From the IMG/VR virus record IMGVR_UViG_3300025446_000005: 64,000 bases of DNA, one strand, 5' to 3'. Shown in pieces: positions 41,184 through 50,017 of the stretch (its first letter is position 1; the number at the start of each line of letters is the position of its first letter). The notes beneath the pieces are model-generated. The model saw nothing but the letters and a program-made list of their open reading frames with translations. It was not told the DNA's origin and did not search any database. Source of the DNA: an uncultured virus (IMG/VR IMGVR_UViG_3300025446_000005) (Duplodnaviria > Heunggongvirae > Uroviricota > Caudoviricetes). The translations under genes were made by a program, and so were the position numbers.

Positions 41184-42190
41184 GGCAGCACCCTGAAGTC
41201 CACCTCGAAGAGCCCCCGGCTCATCCTCATGGCGGGGAGGCCCGCCTTGGGGGCCGTCGAGAGCAGGGAGGCCTCCTTGTCCCCGGATTGCGCCAGCGCG
41301 TCGGCCAGGAGCTTGGCGGTCTGGCCAGTGATGCCGAACTTCGCCCACGAGGGCGGGCATTCCCCGAGGCTGAACACCGCCTCGTTGCCGTACTTGTCCC
41401 GGCACGACACCCCCCTCTCCGGGCCGATCTCCACCCTGTCGGTGCCCTCACACAGCACCAGGACGCTGCGAAAGGCCTGGACAAGCCGGACGGCGTCCAG
41501 GCGGGCGGCCTCGACGCCCGGGACGTCGAACACCTGGCGGAGCGGGTCCAGGAACCCGTGGGAGGAGAACGCCCCGACCATCCCGCCCTTGTGGGCTATC
41601 CAGTACCCGTTCCCGCTGATGGACAGGAAGTCGGCGGGGGAGCCGCAGACGAAATCCAGGAAGGACTTGCGGGGGCCGGAGGAGATGTGCCCGAGGGATT
41701 CCGGCACCTTCCACTTGACCAGGCCCGCCTGCGTCCCGATGACTAGCTTGCCCCCGTCGAGGCTCGTGCTGGCCACGGGAAAGGGCGTCACGTCGATCCC
41801 CGAGAACGCCGAGGCGTCCAGCCTTTCCTTGACGGGCTCCCCGACGCTGTGGTACTTGACCCCGGTGCTTCTCTCCCGGACCGTGTGGACGTGCATGAAG
41901 TTGCGGTACGGCCCGTCCACCGACTCTATGCATACGATGCCCCCGTCGTCCGCCGAGAACTCCAGGCTGTCCGCGGAGGCCCGGAGGCAGTCCTGGAGGT
42001 GGCCGAAGGACACGAAGTGCCTGGTTTCCACGGGGTCGAAGTCCCTGGACTGGACGAAGCTGAAGGAGCTGGACCTATAGAACCGGGGGGGCTTCCCGGG
42101 AGGGACCTGGACGGACACGTAGGGGCAGGCGCTGTTGTCGAGCGTCCCGACCATGCGCAGCAAGGGGACGAGGCTGGCTTTTTTTATCAT
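41180..42190 (-). CDS. possible divergent sliding clamp (DnaN/beta-like)
   Basis: 336 aa, repeating helix/strand pattern, third-domain-like LDAVRLVQAFRSVLVL...LLADAL and a terminal VLP; a DnaX-like gene is nearby. Confidence 0.45.
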   Translation of the reverse strand: MIKKASLVPLLRMVGTLDNSACPYVSVQVPPGKPPRFYRSSSFSFVQSRDFDPVETRHFVSFGHLQDCLRASADSLEFSADDGGIVCIESVDGPYRNFMHVHTVRERSTGVKYHSVGEPVKERLDASAFSGIDVTPFPVASTSLDGGKLVIGTQAGLVKWKVPESLGHISSGPRKSFLDFVCGSPADFLSISGNGYWIAHKGGMVGAFSSHGFLDPLRQVFDVPGVEAARLDAVRLVQAFRSVLVLCEGTDRVEIGPERGVSCRDKYGNEAVFSLGECPPSWAKFGITGQTAKLLADALAQSGDKEASLLSTAPKAGLPAMRMSRGLFEVDFRVLP

Positions 42191-42192
42191 CT

Positions 42193-42399
42193 TTACTCCT
42201 TAAACAGCTCAGCGTAGGGTTCTGTCCAGTCCGGCACGGACCAGAAGATGCTTCGGTCAAAAAGGGTAAGGGCGTGCCTGCCAACCTTCTTGAGTGCCGC
42301 GATGGCTTCGGGATGCTTCCCGCCCGCGACGATCTCTGCTTTTACCTTTGCACACACCTGCTCGATGACATGCTCGGCAGCGACTTCCTCTGCGCTCAT
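42193..42399 (-). CDS. small hypothetical protein
   Basis: GGAGAG before MSAEEVAAEH. Confidence 0.55.
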   Translation of the reverse strand: MSAEEVAAEHVIEQVCAKVKAEIVAGGKHPEAIAALKKVGRHALTLFDRSIFWSVPDWTEPYAELFKE

Positions 42400-42415
42400 G
42401 GATGTCTCTCCGCAG

Positions 42416-42425
42416 GACAATACCG
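42416..42425 (-). promoter_or_regulatory. CGGTATTGTC motif, candidate promoter -10 element
   Basis: Identical 10-mer also at 57890-57899 and 60204-60213, each shortly upstream of a minus-strand start. Confidence 0.45.
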
Positions 42426-42439
42426 AGTTTCTAGGAAGG

Positions 42440-45400
42440 TTATATGGAGATGCCCTCGGCATTCGAGTAGCCCGAGCTGCCGTCCCCGGAGGCGGCCTGG
42501 ATGCGGAACAGGTAGGCATGGCCCCTTGCAAGGGACAAGACGGCATTCTCCACCGCCCCGCTCCCGACCGTGGCAGCGAGCTGCCATGTGGCACCCCCGT
42601 CCGTGGAGGACTGGATGACGTATCCGCTGCATAGGTCCGGACGAGTCTGCGTCCAGCCGAGGTTTACTCGTTCCAGGTTGGGCATCAGGGGGTTGGCCCC
42701 GCCGTCCGTAGGCGTGCCGAGGATCGGGGCCAAGGGCTTGCCGGAATAGGCGTCCTCGGGCTCGAACAATATCTCCCCGCTGGTCACGTACTGGTTGACC
42801 AGCCTGGACTTGTCCCACGTCCCCACGATCCTGCCTTGCGATAAGTTCACGAGGGTTTCGTAGGTGCTCCCGTCCGTCCCGATTGTGCCCACGAGCACCT
42901 TGCCCGAACGTAGGTTCTCCACGTTGGCCAACCTGACGAACTGCACGTTGTTAGCCCCGTAGAGCCTCTGCGACGAGAGGCTGATCTCAAGCAGCCCCTG
43001 GACGGAAAAGTCGGAGCTGTCGACCTGAAGGAGGAGGCACCCGTCCGGGCCGGAAAGCACCAGGACCCGGCTGCCCGCAAACCCCACGGTGGAGAATATC
43101 CTGGAAAAGGCAAGTCCGGACAGGCTGTGCAGGTCCAGCACCACGTCTGGGTCATCCGTTTCTACCAGCAGGGTCTGGCCAAAACGGTACACGTTCCCGT
43201 CCGCCCCGAGAACGAGCGTGTAGTCGTCCTCCGTGTGGATTGCGTCCAGGACGAGTGGGGGAGGAAGCGGAGGAGAGGAGGTCGAGCTAGGCAGCAGGGC
43301 CTTCCTAAGCACCGACCCGGGAGTGCCCTCCACGTAGACGATCACCGAATATGGCGAGATCACGACGTAGCGATCCGTGCCATCGAGTATCGAGGTGCGC
43401 TTGACGCTGAAGAAGTCCGTGTAGACGGATGAGACGTCCAAAGGGCCCCACCAGCCCGATAAGGGGCTGAGGGACGGAGGGACGTTGCGTTGCGCTATGT
43501 TTCCCGGCCAGGCGGACCGGCTGAGCCTGAGCGAGTCGTGGGCGGAGAAGTCATACGATACTACGTAGACGAATATGGACTGGGTGACGAGCGCATTGAC
43601 CCCATCGTCGACCGTAAGGCTCCATTCCAGAGTCTCTCCCCCCACCATCGTCCCCCCGGAGGAGAAGGTCAGGGACGCGGTGCCCGTTCCGGTGGCCTGC
43701 ACGGGGGTGCCCTGGATTTGGATCCACGAATACGTCGTGGCGTCGTCCGCGTCCTTGTCACCCGTTATCGAGGGCGATATCGTGGAGTACGAGTTCCTCT
43801 GGACGGTCGGAGGCGGTGGCATCGTTATCACCGGAGGGGCATTGAACGGCACCAGGAGACCGGACGGGGGAGAGGGACGGGACTGGATCACGACAAATTG
43901 GGGGGCCGAGATGGCGTATCCGCTGTCCAGGGCAAGGAGATAGTCGTGCCCCAGGACCTGGGCGGGCGTGGCGAACTGCACAGTGCCGGAAAATTCCGCC
44001 GATGGCGGGGAGGAGGAGGTCCCCGTGGACGTGACGGTCACGATGGCATTGTTGAGGAACGCGGCGGCCTGGAGGCCGTAGAGGAGCACCTGCTGCCCTA
44101 TGGCCAGGTCAGCGGAGTCCGACAGGATCGTCGCGGTGTTGGAGGCGAAGTCGTAGGACGCCCCCGCCACCGCCATGGGCGGATGGTTGGGGGATGCGCC
44201 CGTGTAATCCACCGCCGCCACGGCGACGCTGACCGGGACCTCCGCACCGCCGATGGCCCTGCTCACCAGCAGGGAGGCAAAAGGACCGCTGGCGGAGAGG
44301 ACGATGTCCGCGTTTTGTGGGACCAGGGACCACGTGTACTGCACCGTGTCCCCCGTGTCGGGATCGTACGTCCCGCTGGCGTCGAGAAGGAACGGCATGC
44401 CGCGCAGCACCGTGCCGCCCAAGGGGGAAAGCTCGGCAGTCGGGGGGACGTTGAAGTGCGACACGTAGTACGGCTGGCCCGCCTCGCCCGTGGACTTCTC
44501 CCCCACGGCCGCCCATTTCGTCCCATCGTCGAGCACGGACTTGGTCCCGCGCAGCCAAGTCAGGCTCAGGTCTGCATAGGTGGAGGGGCTTACTATGCCG
44601 AGGCCGACCAGGTCGAGGCGTCCCGTATACAGGGGCCAGGCGAGCGGGGACAGGGCCCAGTGAACGACATCGGACGAGGGAGGAAGCAATGGCTGCCAGT
44701 CGGTCGGGTCGTAGGGAGGGCTGGGCAGGTTGGACAGAACGATTCCCAGGGAAACGTAGAAGGACGGCACCTTGACGGCGCTTCCTGCCAGGTAGCTTTC
44801 CGATGGGTCCCATGCCGGTGCGCTTGCCGGGACGGCCTCGTCCGGCCTCAGGGTGCGCCAGTTCTCCGTGTCCTGCGCGGGGGGCAGTGCCTCGGGATTG
44901 CCCGTTATCCCCTGGAGGGCGATGTAGTAGACCGGGACGGCCACGATGTCGTCCTTGGAATAGGCGGCCTGCAGCGCCCACCATCCCCTGTTGCGGACGG
45001 GCACTATGCAGACGTAGTTGCTGATGACATAGGAAACATTGTCGTTGACATCATAGCTGCTCTGCCATTCCGGCCTGATCGTCGGGACCCCGTAGGACCA
45101 TGCTCCCCGCATGGCATATGCCGGGGAAAGCAGGTAGGACATGCTGGCCCCCTGCGTGAGGGACAGAGAGAGCACGGCCTGGAGGATCGACCCCCCGAGG
45201 GCCGAGCCCGACCCGACCTTCCACGACCAGGGGACGGGGGGCGAAATGGAGCCGTCGAAATGTCCCATGAGGACGTTGCCGACGACGCTGTTCCGCTGGG
45301 GGTCCTGCGTGTAGAAGACCGTCGACGCCGTGCGGGTCGTGCCGCTGGGGACGACCGTCAGGCGATTGTCCGTGTAGCGCGCCGTGAAGGTCGTGAGCAC

Positions 45401-46462
45401 CGTGGCCGGGCCCCACGAAAAGTAGGGCGGAGAGAGGATGCCGGAAAGGGTTAGCTGGCTGACGGTGAAGGTCTGGTCCTGGAACGACACGTCCTTGGGA
45501 TGGCTCTCGTAGTAGACCTCGACCGTGGAACCATCGGGGGAGCATGCGGAGGCGGAGCCGAACACCGGCCCGCTGCGGAACGGGGAGCTGGCCAGCAGGA
45601 ACGGGGGCGTCATTATGGTATCCAGGCTGCTGAGCTCGAACCCGAGCAGGGAATGCCCCGGAAGCCATGTGGCGTACCCCGACTCGAAGGCCGGGGGGCT
45701 GGCGGACTGGGAGTACGTGCCCGGGTACGCATAGGGGGCGGTGAAGTGCCAGCCGTCCGAGGATGCCACCGTGACGGACTGCCCGTTGAGGAACTGGGCT
45801 ATTTGGATGCCCGAGAACTGGACGACCATGCTGGGCTGGAAGTCGTTGTCCGCCGTTACGGTAAGGACGTTGCCGGATATCGAGACTCCCGTGACCTGCG
45901 CCACGGTGTCGATCATGTCCACCGTCGAGGGATTGGTGACGGCGACGACGACGAACGAGCCTCCCGTGGACAGCGGGCATACGTCGTACCCCTCCCGGAC
46001 GTACGAAGCGGTGGCAAGGACCACCGGCCCGACCAGGCCGTCGTAAGGAGGGGAAGCAGACGGAGCATGGGTGTCGAACGTGAACTTCACGAGGTCCACC
46101 GGGATGGCTTCCTGGGACGACGAAAGGTCGCTTCCCGTAAGCCCGGTGCGGTTGTCCTGCGTGCCTATGATGTGAATGTAGCGGCTTCCGTCATAGGCGA
46201 CCACGGGATCGAACGACTCGTTGAGGGACGGGAACGTGTACTGCGCGACCTGGGTAAAGGACCAGCCGGGCCCCGGGTCGGGGGGGACGGGGTTGGACAT
46301 CAGGATGACGAAGGAGTTGTCGGACGGGCGTACTTGGCTGACTACGTACAGGGTGCCGGGAGACGGGGGGCTCCCGGAGCCCGGGACCTCCACGAAGGCC
46401 GCGTTGCCCTCGTAGAGATCGGAAGACCAAGTGACGGAATCAAGAGGAGTAAGCATCGGCAA
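42440..46462 (-). CDS. large virion structural/adhesin-like protein with CBM5/12-like repeats, PKD/Ig-like and FN3 domains
   Basis: Ser/Thr/Pro/Val-rich and almost Lys-free; W....Y..[GND]D.V repeats; LDASGTYDPD..VQYTW and TYSWIQIQG (PKD-like); LGW...SGYVIQ...YLFRIQA...SGYSN (FN3). Confidence 0.75.
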   Translation of the reverse strand: MPMLTPLDSVTWSSDLYEGNAAFVEVPGSGSPPSPGTLYVVSQVRPSDNSFVILMSNPVPPDPGPGWSFTQVAQYTFPSLNESFDPVVAYDGSRYIHIIGTQDNRTGLTGSDLSSSQEAIPVDLVKFTFDTHAPSASPPYDGLVGPVVLATASYVREGYDVCPLSTGGSFVVVAVTNPSTVDMIDTVAQVTGVSISGNVLTVTADNDFQPSMVVQFSGIQIAQFLNGQSVTVASSDGWHFTAPYAYPGTYSQSASPPAFESGYATWLPGHSLLGFELSSLDTIMTPPFLLASSPFRSGPVFGSASACSPDGSTVEVYYESHPKDVSFQDQTFTVSQLTLSGILSPPYFSWGPATVLTTFTARYTDNRLTVVPSGTTRTASTVFYTQDPQRNSVVGNVLMGHFDGSISPPVPWSWKVGSGSALGGSILQAVLSLSLTQGASMSYLLSPAYAMRGAWSYGVPTIRPEWQSSYDVNDNVSYVISNYVCIVPVRNRGWWALQAAYSKDDIVAVPVYYIALQGITGNPEALPPAQDTENWRTLRPDEAVPASAPAWDPSESYLAGSAVKVPSFYVSLGIVLSNLPSPPYDPTDWQPLLPPSSDVVHWALSPLAWPLYTGRLDLVGLGIVSPSTYADLSLTWLRGTKSVLDDGTKWAAVGEKSTGEAGQPYYVSHFNVPPTAELSPLGGTVLRGMPFLLDASGTYDPDTGDTVQYTWSLVPQNADIVLSASGPFASLLVSRAIGGAEVPVSVAVAAVDYTGASPNHPPMAVAGASYDFASNTATILSDSADLAIGQQVLLYGLQAAAFLNNAIVTVTSTGTSSSPPSAEFSGTVQFATPAQVLGHDYLLALDSGYAISAPQFVVIQSRPSPPSGLLVPFNAPPVITMPPPPTVQRNSYSTISPSITGDKDADDATTYSWIQIQGTPVQATGTGTASLTFSSGGTMVGGETLEWSLTVDDGVNALVTQSIFVYVVSYDFSAHDSLRLSRSAWPGNIAQRNVPPSLSPLSGWWGPLDVSSVYTDFFSVKRTSILDGTDRYVVISPYSVIVYVEGTPGSVLRKALLPSSTSSPPLPPPLVLDAIHTEDDYTLVLGADGNVYRFGQTLLVETDDPDVVLDLHSLSGLAFSRIFSTVGFAGSRVLVLSGPDGCLLLQVDSSDFSVQGLLEISLSSQRLYGANNVQFVRLANVENLRSGKVLVGTIGTDGSTYETLVNLSQGRIVGTWDKSRLVNQYVTSGEILFEPEDAYSGKPLAPILGTPTDGGANPLMPNLERVNLGWTQTRPDLCSGYVIQSSTDGGATWQLAATVGSGAVENAVLSLARGHAYLFRIQAASGDGSSGYSNAEGISI

Positions 46463-46519
46463 TCCAAGCTATGCACCCGCCGTAAGCGCCCTGGCATTGG
46501 TCCGTCTTCCCAGCGAGCC

Positions 46520-49006
46520 TCATGCCATTCCCTGCCCGGAACCTTCCGGGCCTTGCTCGGGCTCCTGCTCGGTCTCGTCGAGCTGCATCCCCTTGATGAC
46601 CCTCTTGAGGATGTCGGACTTCGTCAGGATGGCCTCCCCGAGGCTGTTGTAGATGGCGGAAAGCAGCTCGTTGAACTTGCTGTCGTTGACCCCGTAGAGG
46701 TCCTCCTCCAGCCTGCGTTTGCAGTCCTCAGGGTCGATCTCCAGGAACTCCAGCACGATGCTGACCGGGATGCTCCCCTTGCTGTACAGGTTGTACAGCA
46801 TGTCGTAGACGTCCCCGGAATCCCTAAGGGCCAGGCGGGAGAACGACACCTTGGGGTATATCCAGCGGGCCTTCCCCCACTTGTCCATCTCGTAGAAGCC
46901 CTTCTTCATCGCAATCGGGAGGAATATGCCCTGCTCGACGATGTCCGCGAGCACGTCCCGGAACTGGAGGTAGGACGTCTCGATGAGCTGGAGCTGGACC
47001 TTGTTGCCGCTGTACAGCCCCTCGCCGATGAGTATCTCGGGCGAGAACCCGAGGCCGATGGAAAGGTCGGAGTTGGTGTGCTGCCATTCCCCGTCCAGGG
47101 ACAGGAGCCGCCCGTCGCTGCCGATCTCGTCCCACCTGCACTCGTAGTTGACCACGACGCTGTAGTCCGGGTCGGCCTTCGCCTCGTCGACGTGGGCCCG
47201 CAGGGCCAGCACCTCGCTGGTCGGTATCTCGGGGGCCACGATCAGCGTCTTGGGGGTCATGTTGCGGCTGGCCAGCGTGCTCTGCACCTGGCGCAGCTTC
47301 TCGCGGTAGATGACCGTGCGGATGCAGCGCTGGAGTATGGAGCGCCCGTGCAGCTCGTAGTCGGACTTCTTCCTCGGGAAGTGGATGACGTACGACCCCT
47401 TGAACGGGTCCTTGTTGAGCGCCACCTTCCCCTTCTCTTCGAGCATCGCCTTGACCTTGGGGTCTATCTCGGGATCTTCGAGGTAGGCGGTCTTCTGCTT
47501 TTCCAGGGGCTTGTAGTAGATGGTGGCCCCATCGGTCAGCCCGCCCTCGGCCGCCAGCTCGATCTGCTCCGGGGGCAGGACCTGGATCTTGTCGAACCCC
47601 TCGTAGTCCTTGTTCGCCACGTGGGAGAACAGCTCCTCCTCCTCCCGCCTTTTCTCCCGTATTTCCTTCAGTTCCTCAAGTACCTTCTTCTTTTTCTCCA
47701 GCAGCTTGATGACGCGCTTCAATTCCATCAGCTCCTGCTGCTTGGCTATGCTGGAGCCCTGCGATATGGCGTCCTGGACCGGCCCTGCGGCGTCCCCGGG
47801 GGTGGGGGGCCCGGCGGGGAAGCCCCCGCCTCCTCCCCCCATCACGGGGGGCGCTCCGCCAAGATCGTCCATCGGGGGGACCGCCGCGTCGTCGGGCCCT
47901 CCCATCCCCTCGACTCCCGCCAGCCCCGCGTCCCCGAGCGGCGCTCCCTCCCCTCCCGGGGGAGGAGGAGGCGCATCCGCGCCGGCCGGCGGGTCGGCGG
48001 GGGCCGCCGTGACGGAGATGGGATGCTCGTCGTCCGCGCCGTCCCTGGAGATCACCTTGGCAAGCTTCTTGATCCCCCTGGAAAGGCTGGCCTTCTTCCT
48101 GCCTATTTCCTTCTTGACGGCGTCGATGCTCTCCCCGGGAGAAAAGCCCAGCCCCGCCTTCTCGATCTCCTCGATGTCCGAGGAGCGCTTCCTCAGCCAG
48201 GAGGACCTTTTCTCGGGCTGCAGGAAGTCGAGGATGCGGTCCGCCGTGCCTCCCAGCGGGGGGTTCTCGGCGTCCATGCCGGGCTCGGTCCCCTGGGCAT
48301 TCGTTTTCTTTCCCCTCTCCTCGTCCTTCTTGATTACCGCCTTGGCCATGTCGCACGGCTCGACCTCGTCGGACTCCTCGATGAATATGAAGGACTCCCC
48401 GATGTTCCAGTGCTCGCGGACGGCCTGGATGAGGACCTGGAAGAACTTGGTCCTGCTCACCATCCCCTGGAAGTAGTCGTACACGTAGTCGGCGAAGTCG
48501 TCGCTTGAGCACTTCGGCTTCTCCAGCGTCCACTTGGACAGGGGAAGCTCGGTGTGCATGTCGATGGCGCGCCCGACTATGGGGTCGCGGTCGTAGGCAA
48601 GGCGGTAGAACCTCAGCTCCTCGGCCCTGGAGGCGGGAAGCTCAAGGGCGTCCACCGGGAACTCGTAGCTGTAGTAGCCGATGTTGTTGGAGTCGGCTAT
48701 GTCCGCGTTCCCGAGCGTGCCGTCGGAGAACAAGGCGGCGGTCTTGTCGAACCTTGCCAGCTCGTACATCCCCCACCCGGAGGCCCCGAGCGGGAGGCCC
48801 TGGACCGCCGCCTGGCGGATTCTGGAAATCTGGATGTCGGCGATCTCCCCGGAGGACGTCATGGAGGTGCGGGGCCCGGCGGAGGCGAACTGCCTTCCGC
48901 CCTTGCCGGTGGCGATCTTCCTTTTCACCTCAGTGGTGCCGATGCGGAGGTTTGCGCCCCTCTCCCTCTTTCCCAGCCTGTTCTTCGGAGTCTTTTTCTC
49001 AGCCAT
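46520..49006 (-). CDS. probable portal protein with a long low-complexity insertion
   Basis: YDRDPIVGRAIDMHTELP...EHWNIGESF...VIHFPRKKSDYELHGRSILQRC...LSIGLGF resemble the helical core of large-phage portals. Confidence 0.6.
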   Translation of the reverse strand: MAEKKTPKNRLGKRERGANLRIGTTEVKRKIATGKGGRQFASAGPRTSMTSSGEIADIQISRIRQAAVQGLPLGASGWGMYELARFDKTAALFSDGTLGNADIADSNNIGYYSYEFPVDALELPASRAEELRFYRLAYDRDPIVGRAIDMHTELPLSKWTLEKPKCSSDDFADYVYDYFQGMVSRTKFFQVLIQAVREHWNIGESFIFIEESDEVEPCDMAKAVIKKDEERGKKTNAQGTEPGMDAENPPLGGTADRILDFLQPEKRSSWLRKRSSDIEEIEKAGLGFSPGESIDAVKKEIGRKKASLSRGIKKLAKVISRDGADDEHPISVTAAPADPPAGADAPPPPPGGEGAPLGDAGLAGVEGMGGPDDAAVPPMDDLGGAPPVMGGGGGGFPAGPPTPGDAAGPVQDAISQGSSIAKQQELMELKRVIKLLEKKKKVLEELKEIREKRREEEELFSHVANKDYEGFDKIQVLPPEQIELAAEGGLTDGATIYYKPLEKQKTAYLEDPEIDPKVKAMLEEKGKVALNKDPFKGSYVIHFPRKKSDYELHGRSILQRCIRTVIYREKLRQVQSTLASRNMTPKTLIVAPEIPTSEVLALRAHVDEAKADPDYSVVVNYECRWDEIGSDGRLLSLDGEWQHTNSDLSIGLGFSPEILIGEGLYSGNKVQLQLIETSYLQFRDVLADIVEQGIFLPIAMKKGFYEMDKWGKARWIYPKVSFSRLALRDSGDVYDMLYNLYSKGSIPVSIVLEFLEIDPEDCKRRLEEDLYGVNDSKFNELLSAIYNSLGEAILTKSDILKRVIKGMQLDETEQEPEQGPEGSGQGMA

Positions 49007-49039
49007 GGTTCCTCAATAAAGCACCGAATAGCCAGGGAT

Positions 49040-49621
49040 TTACTCCTTGGGCGCGGAGCCCGGGCCGCCTTCCCCGGCCTGGGGCCCAATCCAGTTAAAG
49101 ATGTCCCCGAAGGCCGGAAGGGAGGCCGGAGAGGATTCCCCTCCCAGCCTCAGTATCCCGAACTCCTTTGCTTTCCTGGCTTTCTCCAGGGCCACCTTTG
49201 CCAGACGGACGCGGGCGACGCGGGCGTCCTTCCTGGCCCGCTCGACCTCCTCCTCCATGCGGACCGCCCGCTCCACCTTCTCCCGGCTCAGGGCGTTTAT
49301 CCTGGACAGGGAGGCGCTGGCCGCCGACACGGCGGGAAGGGCGGCCTTCTGGTCCTCCTCGTCCATATTCTCCATCAGCCTGGAAAGCCATCTCATCACG
49401 GTCCGCATGCTTCCCAGGGCCTGGACGGAGCACCCCATCTGCGTGTATACCCTCTGCGAGTTGAGGCGCAGGAGGGCCCTCTTCCTGGACACCTCCGTCT
49501 CCCCGTCGTCGTCCGGGTTTATGTCCACCCGAAACTTAAAAGGGAGCTCGCCCGACTTGAGCCCGAGCTGCTTCCTGGTCCTAAACCTCGGGCGATTGCC
49601 CTTTTCCTTCGCTTTGTCCAT
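49040..49621 (-). CDS. hypothetical basic coiled-coil protein
   Basis: MDKAKEKGNRPRF..., directly upstream of the portal-like gene. Confidence 0.55.
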   Translation of the reverse strand: MDKAKEKGNRPRFRTRKQLGLKSGELPFKFRVDINPDDDGETEVSRKRALLRLNSQRVYTQMGCSVQALGSMRTVMRWLSRLMENMDEEDQKAALPAVSAASASLSRINALSREKVERAVRMEEEVERARKDARVARVRLAKVALEKARKAKEFGILRLGGESSPASLPAFGDIFNWIGPQAGEGGPGSAPKE

Positions 49622-49811
49622 TGAGATGCCTGTAGGTGCTGGGATCGACTCCCGTCCCGAAGCAGAACGGGCAGTCGGGCGCATGCCGGTCGTAGATGCA
49701 CTCCGGCATCACGACGCCCTGTCCCTGGCAATGGGCGCACGGCATTTCCTCCTTGCTCATCCGGTTTGCCAAGTAGACGGCAGCCTTGAACGCAAGCCGC
49801 GAAAGTTCCAT
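49581..49811 (-). CDS. small CxxCxGxG Zn-finger protein
   Basis: CAHCQGQG...CPFCFGTG; GAGGAGG RBS. Confidence 0.6.
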   Translation of the reverse strand: MELSRLAFKAAVYLANRMSKEEMPCAHCQGQGVVMPECIYDRHAPDCPFCFGTGVDPSTYRHLNGQSEGKGQSPEV

Positions 49812-49820
49812 GCTTCCTCC

Positions 49821-49970
49821 TCAGGGATGCACCCGCAGGGTTCCCTCCAGCCAGAGCCTGACGAAAAAGGCGAGGGCATGGCCCATGGCAATGGAGGCGG
49901 ACACGACGACGATCACCACCCCCGTCGCAAAGGTCAGGGCAAATGCTTGCTTGCCATCGCGCCCCTGCAT
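49821..49970 (-). CDS. small membrane protein
   Basis: AAGGAGG before MQGRDGKQAFALTFATGVVIVVVS. Confidence 0.45.
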   Translation of the reverse strand: MQGRDGKQAFALTFATGVVIVVVSASIAMGHALAFFVRLWLEGTLRVHP

Positions 49971-50017
49971 CGCCGTGCTTCCTCCTTTGGCCCCTAATAC
50001 AGGATTGGCAAAATCAA

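Noticed and set aside
45500..48508. 1002-aa plus-strand ORF, and similar ones at 43490-45454, 51665-53782 and 55708-58029
   Set aside because: They mirror well-supported minus-strand genes and show no domain signatures.
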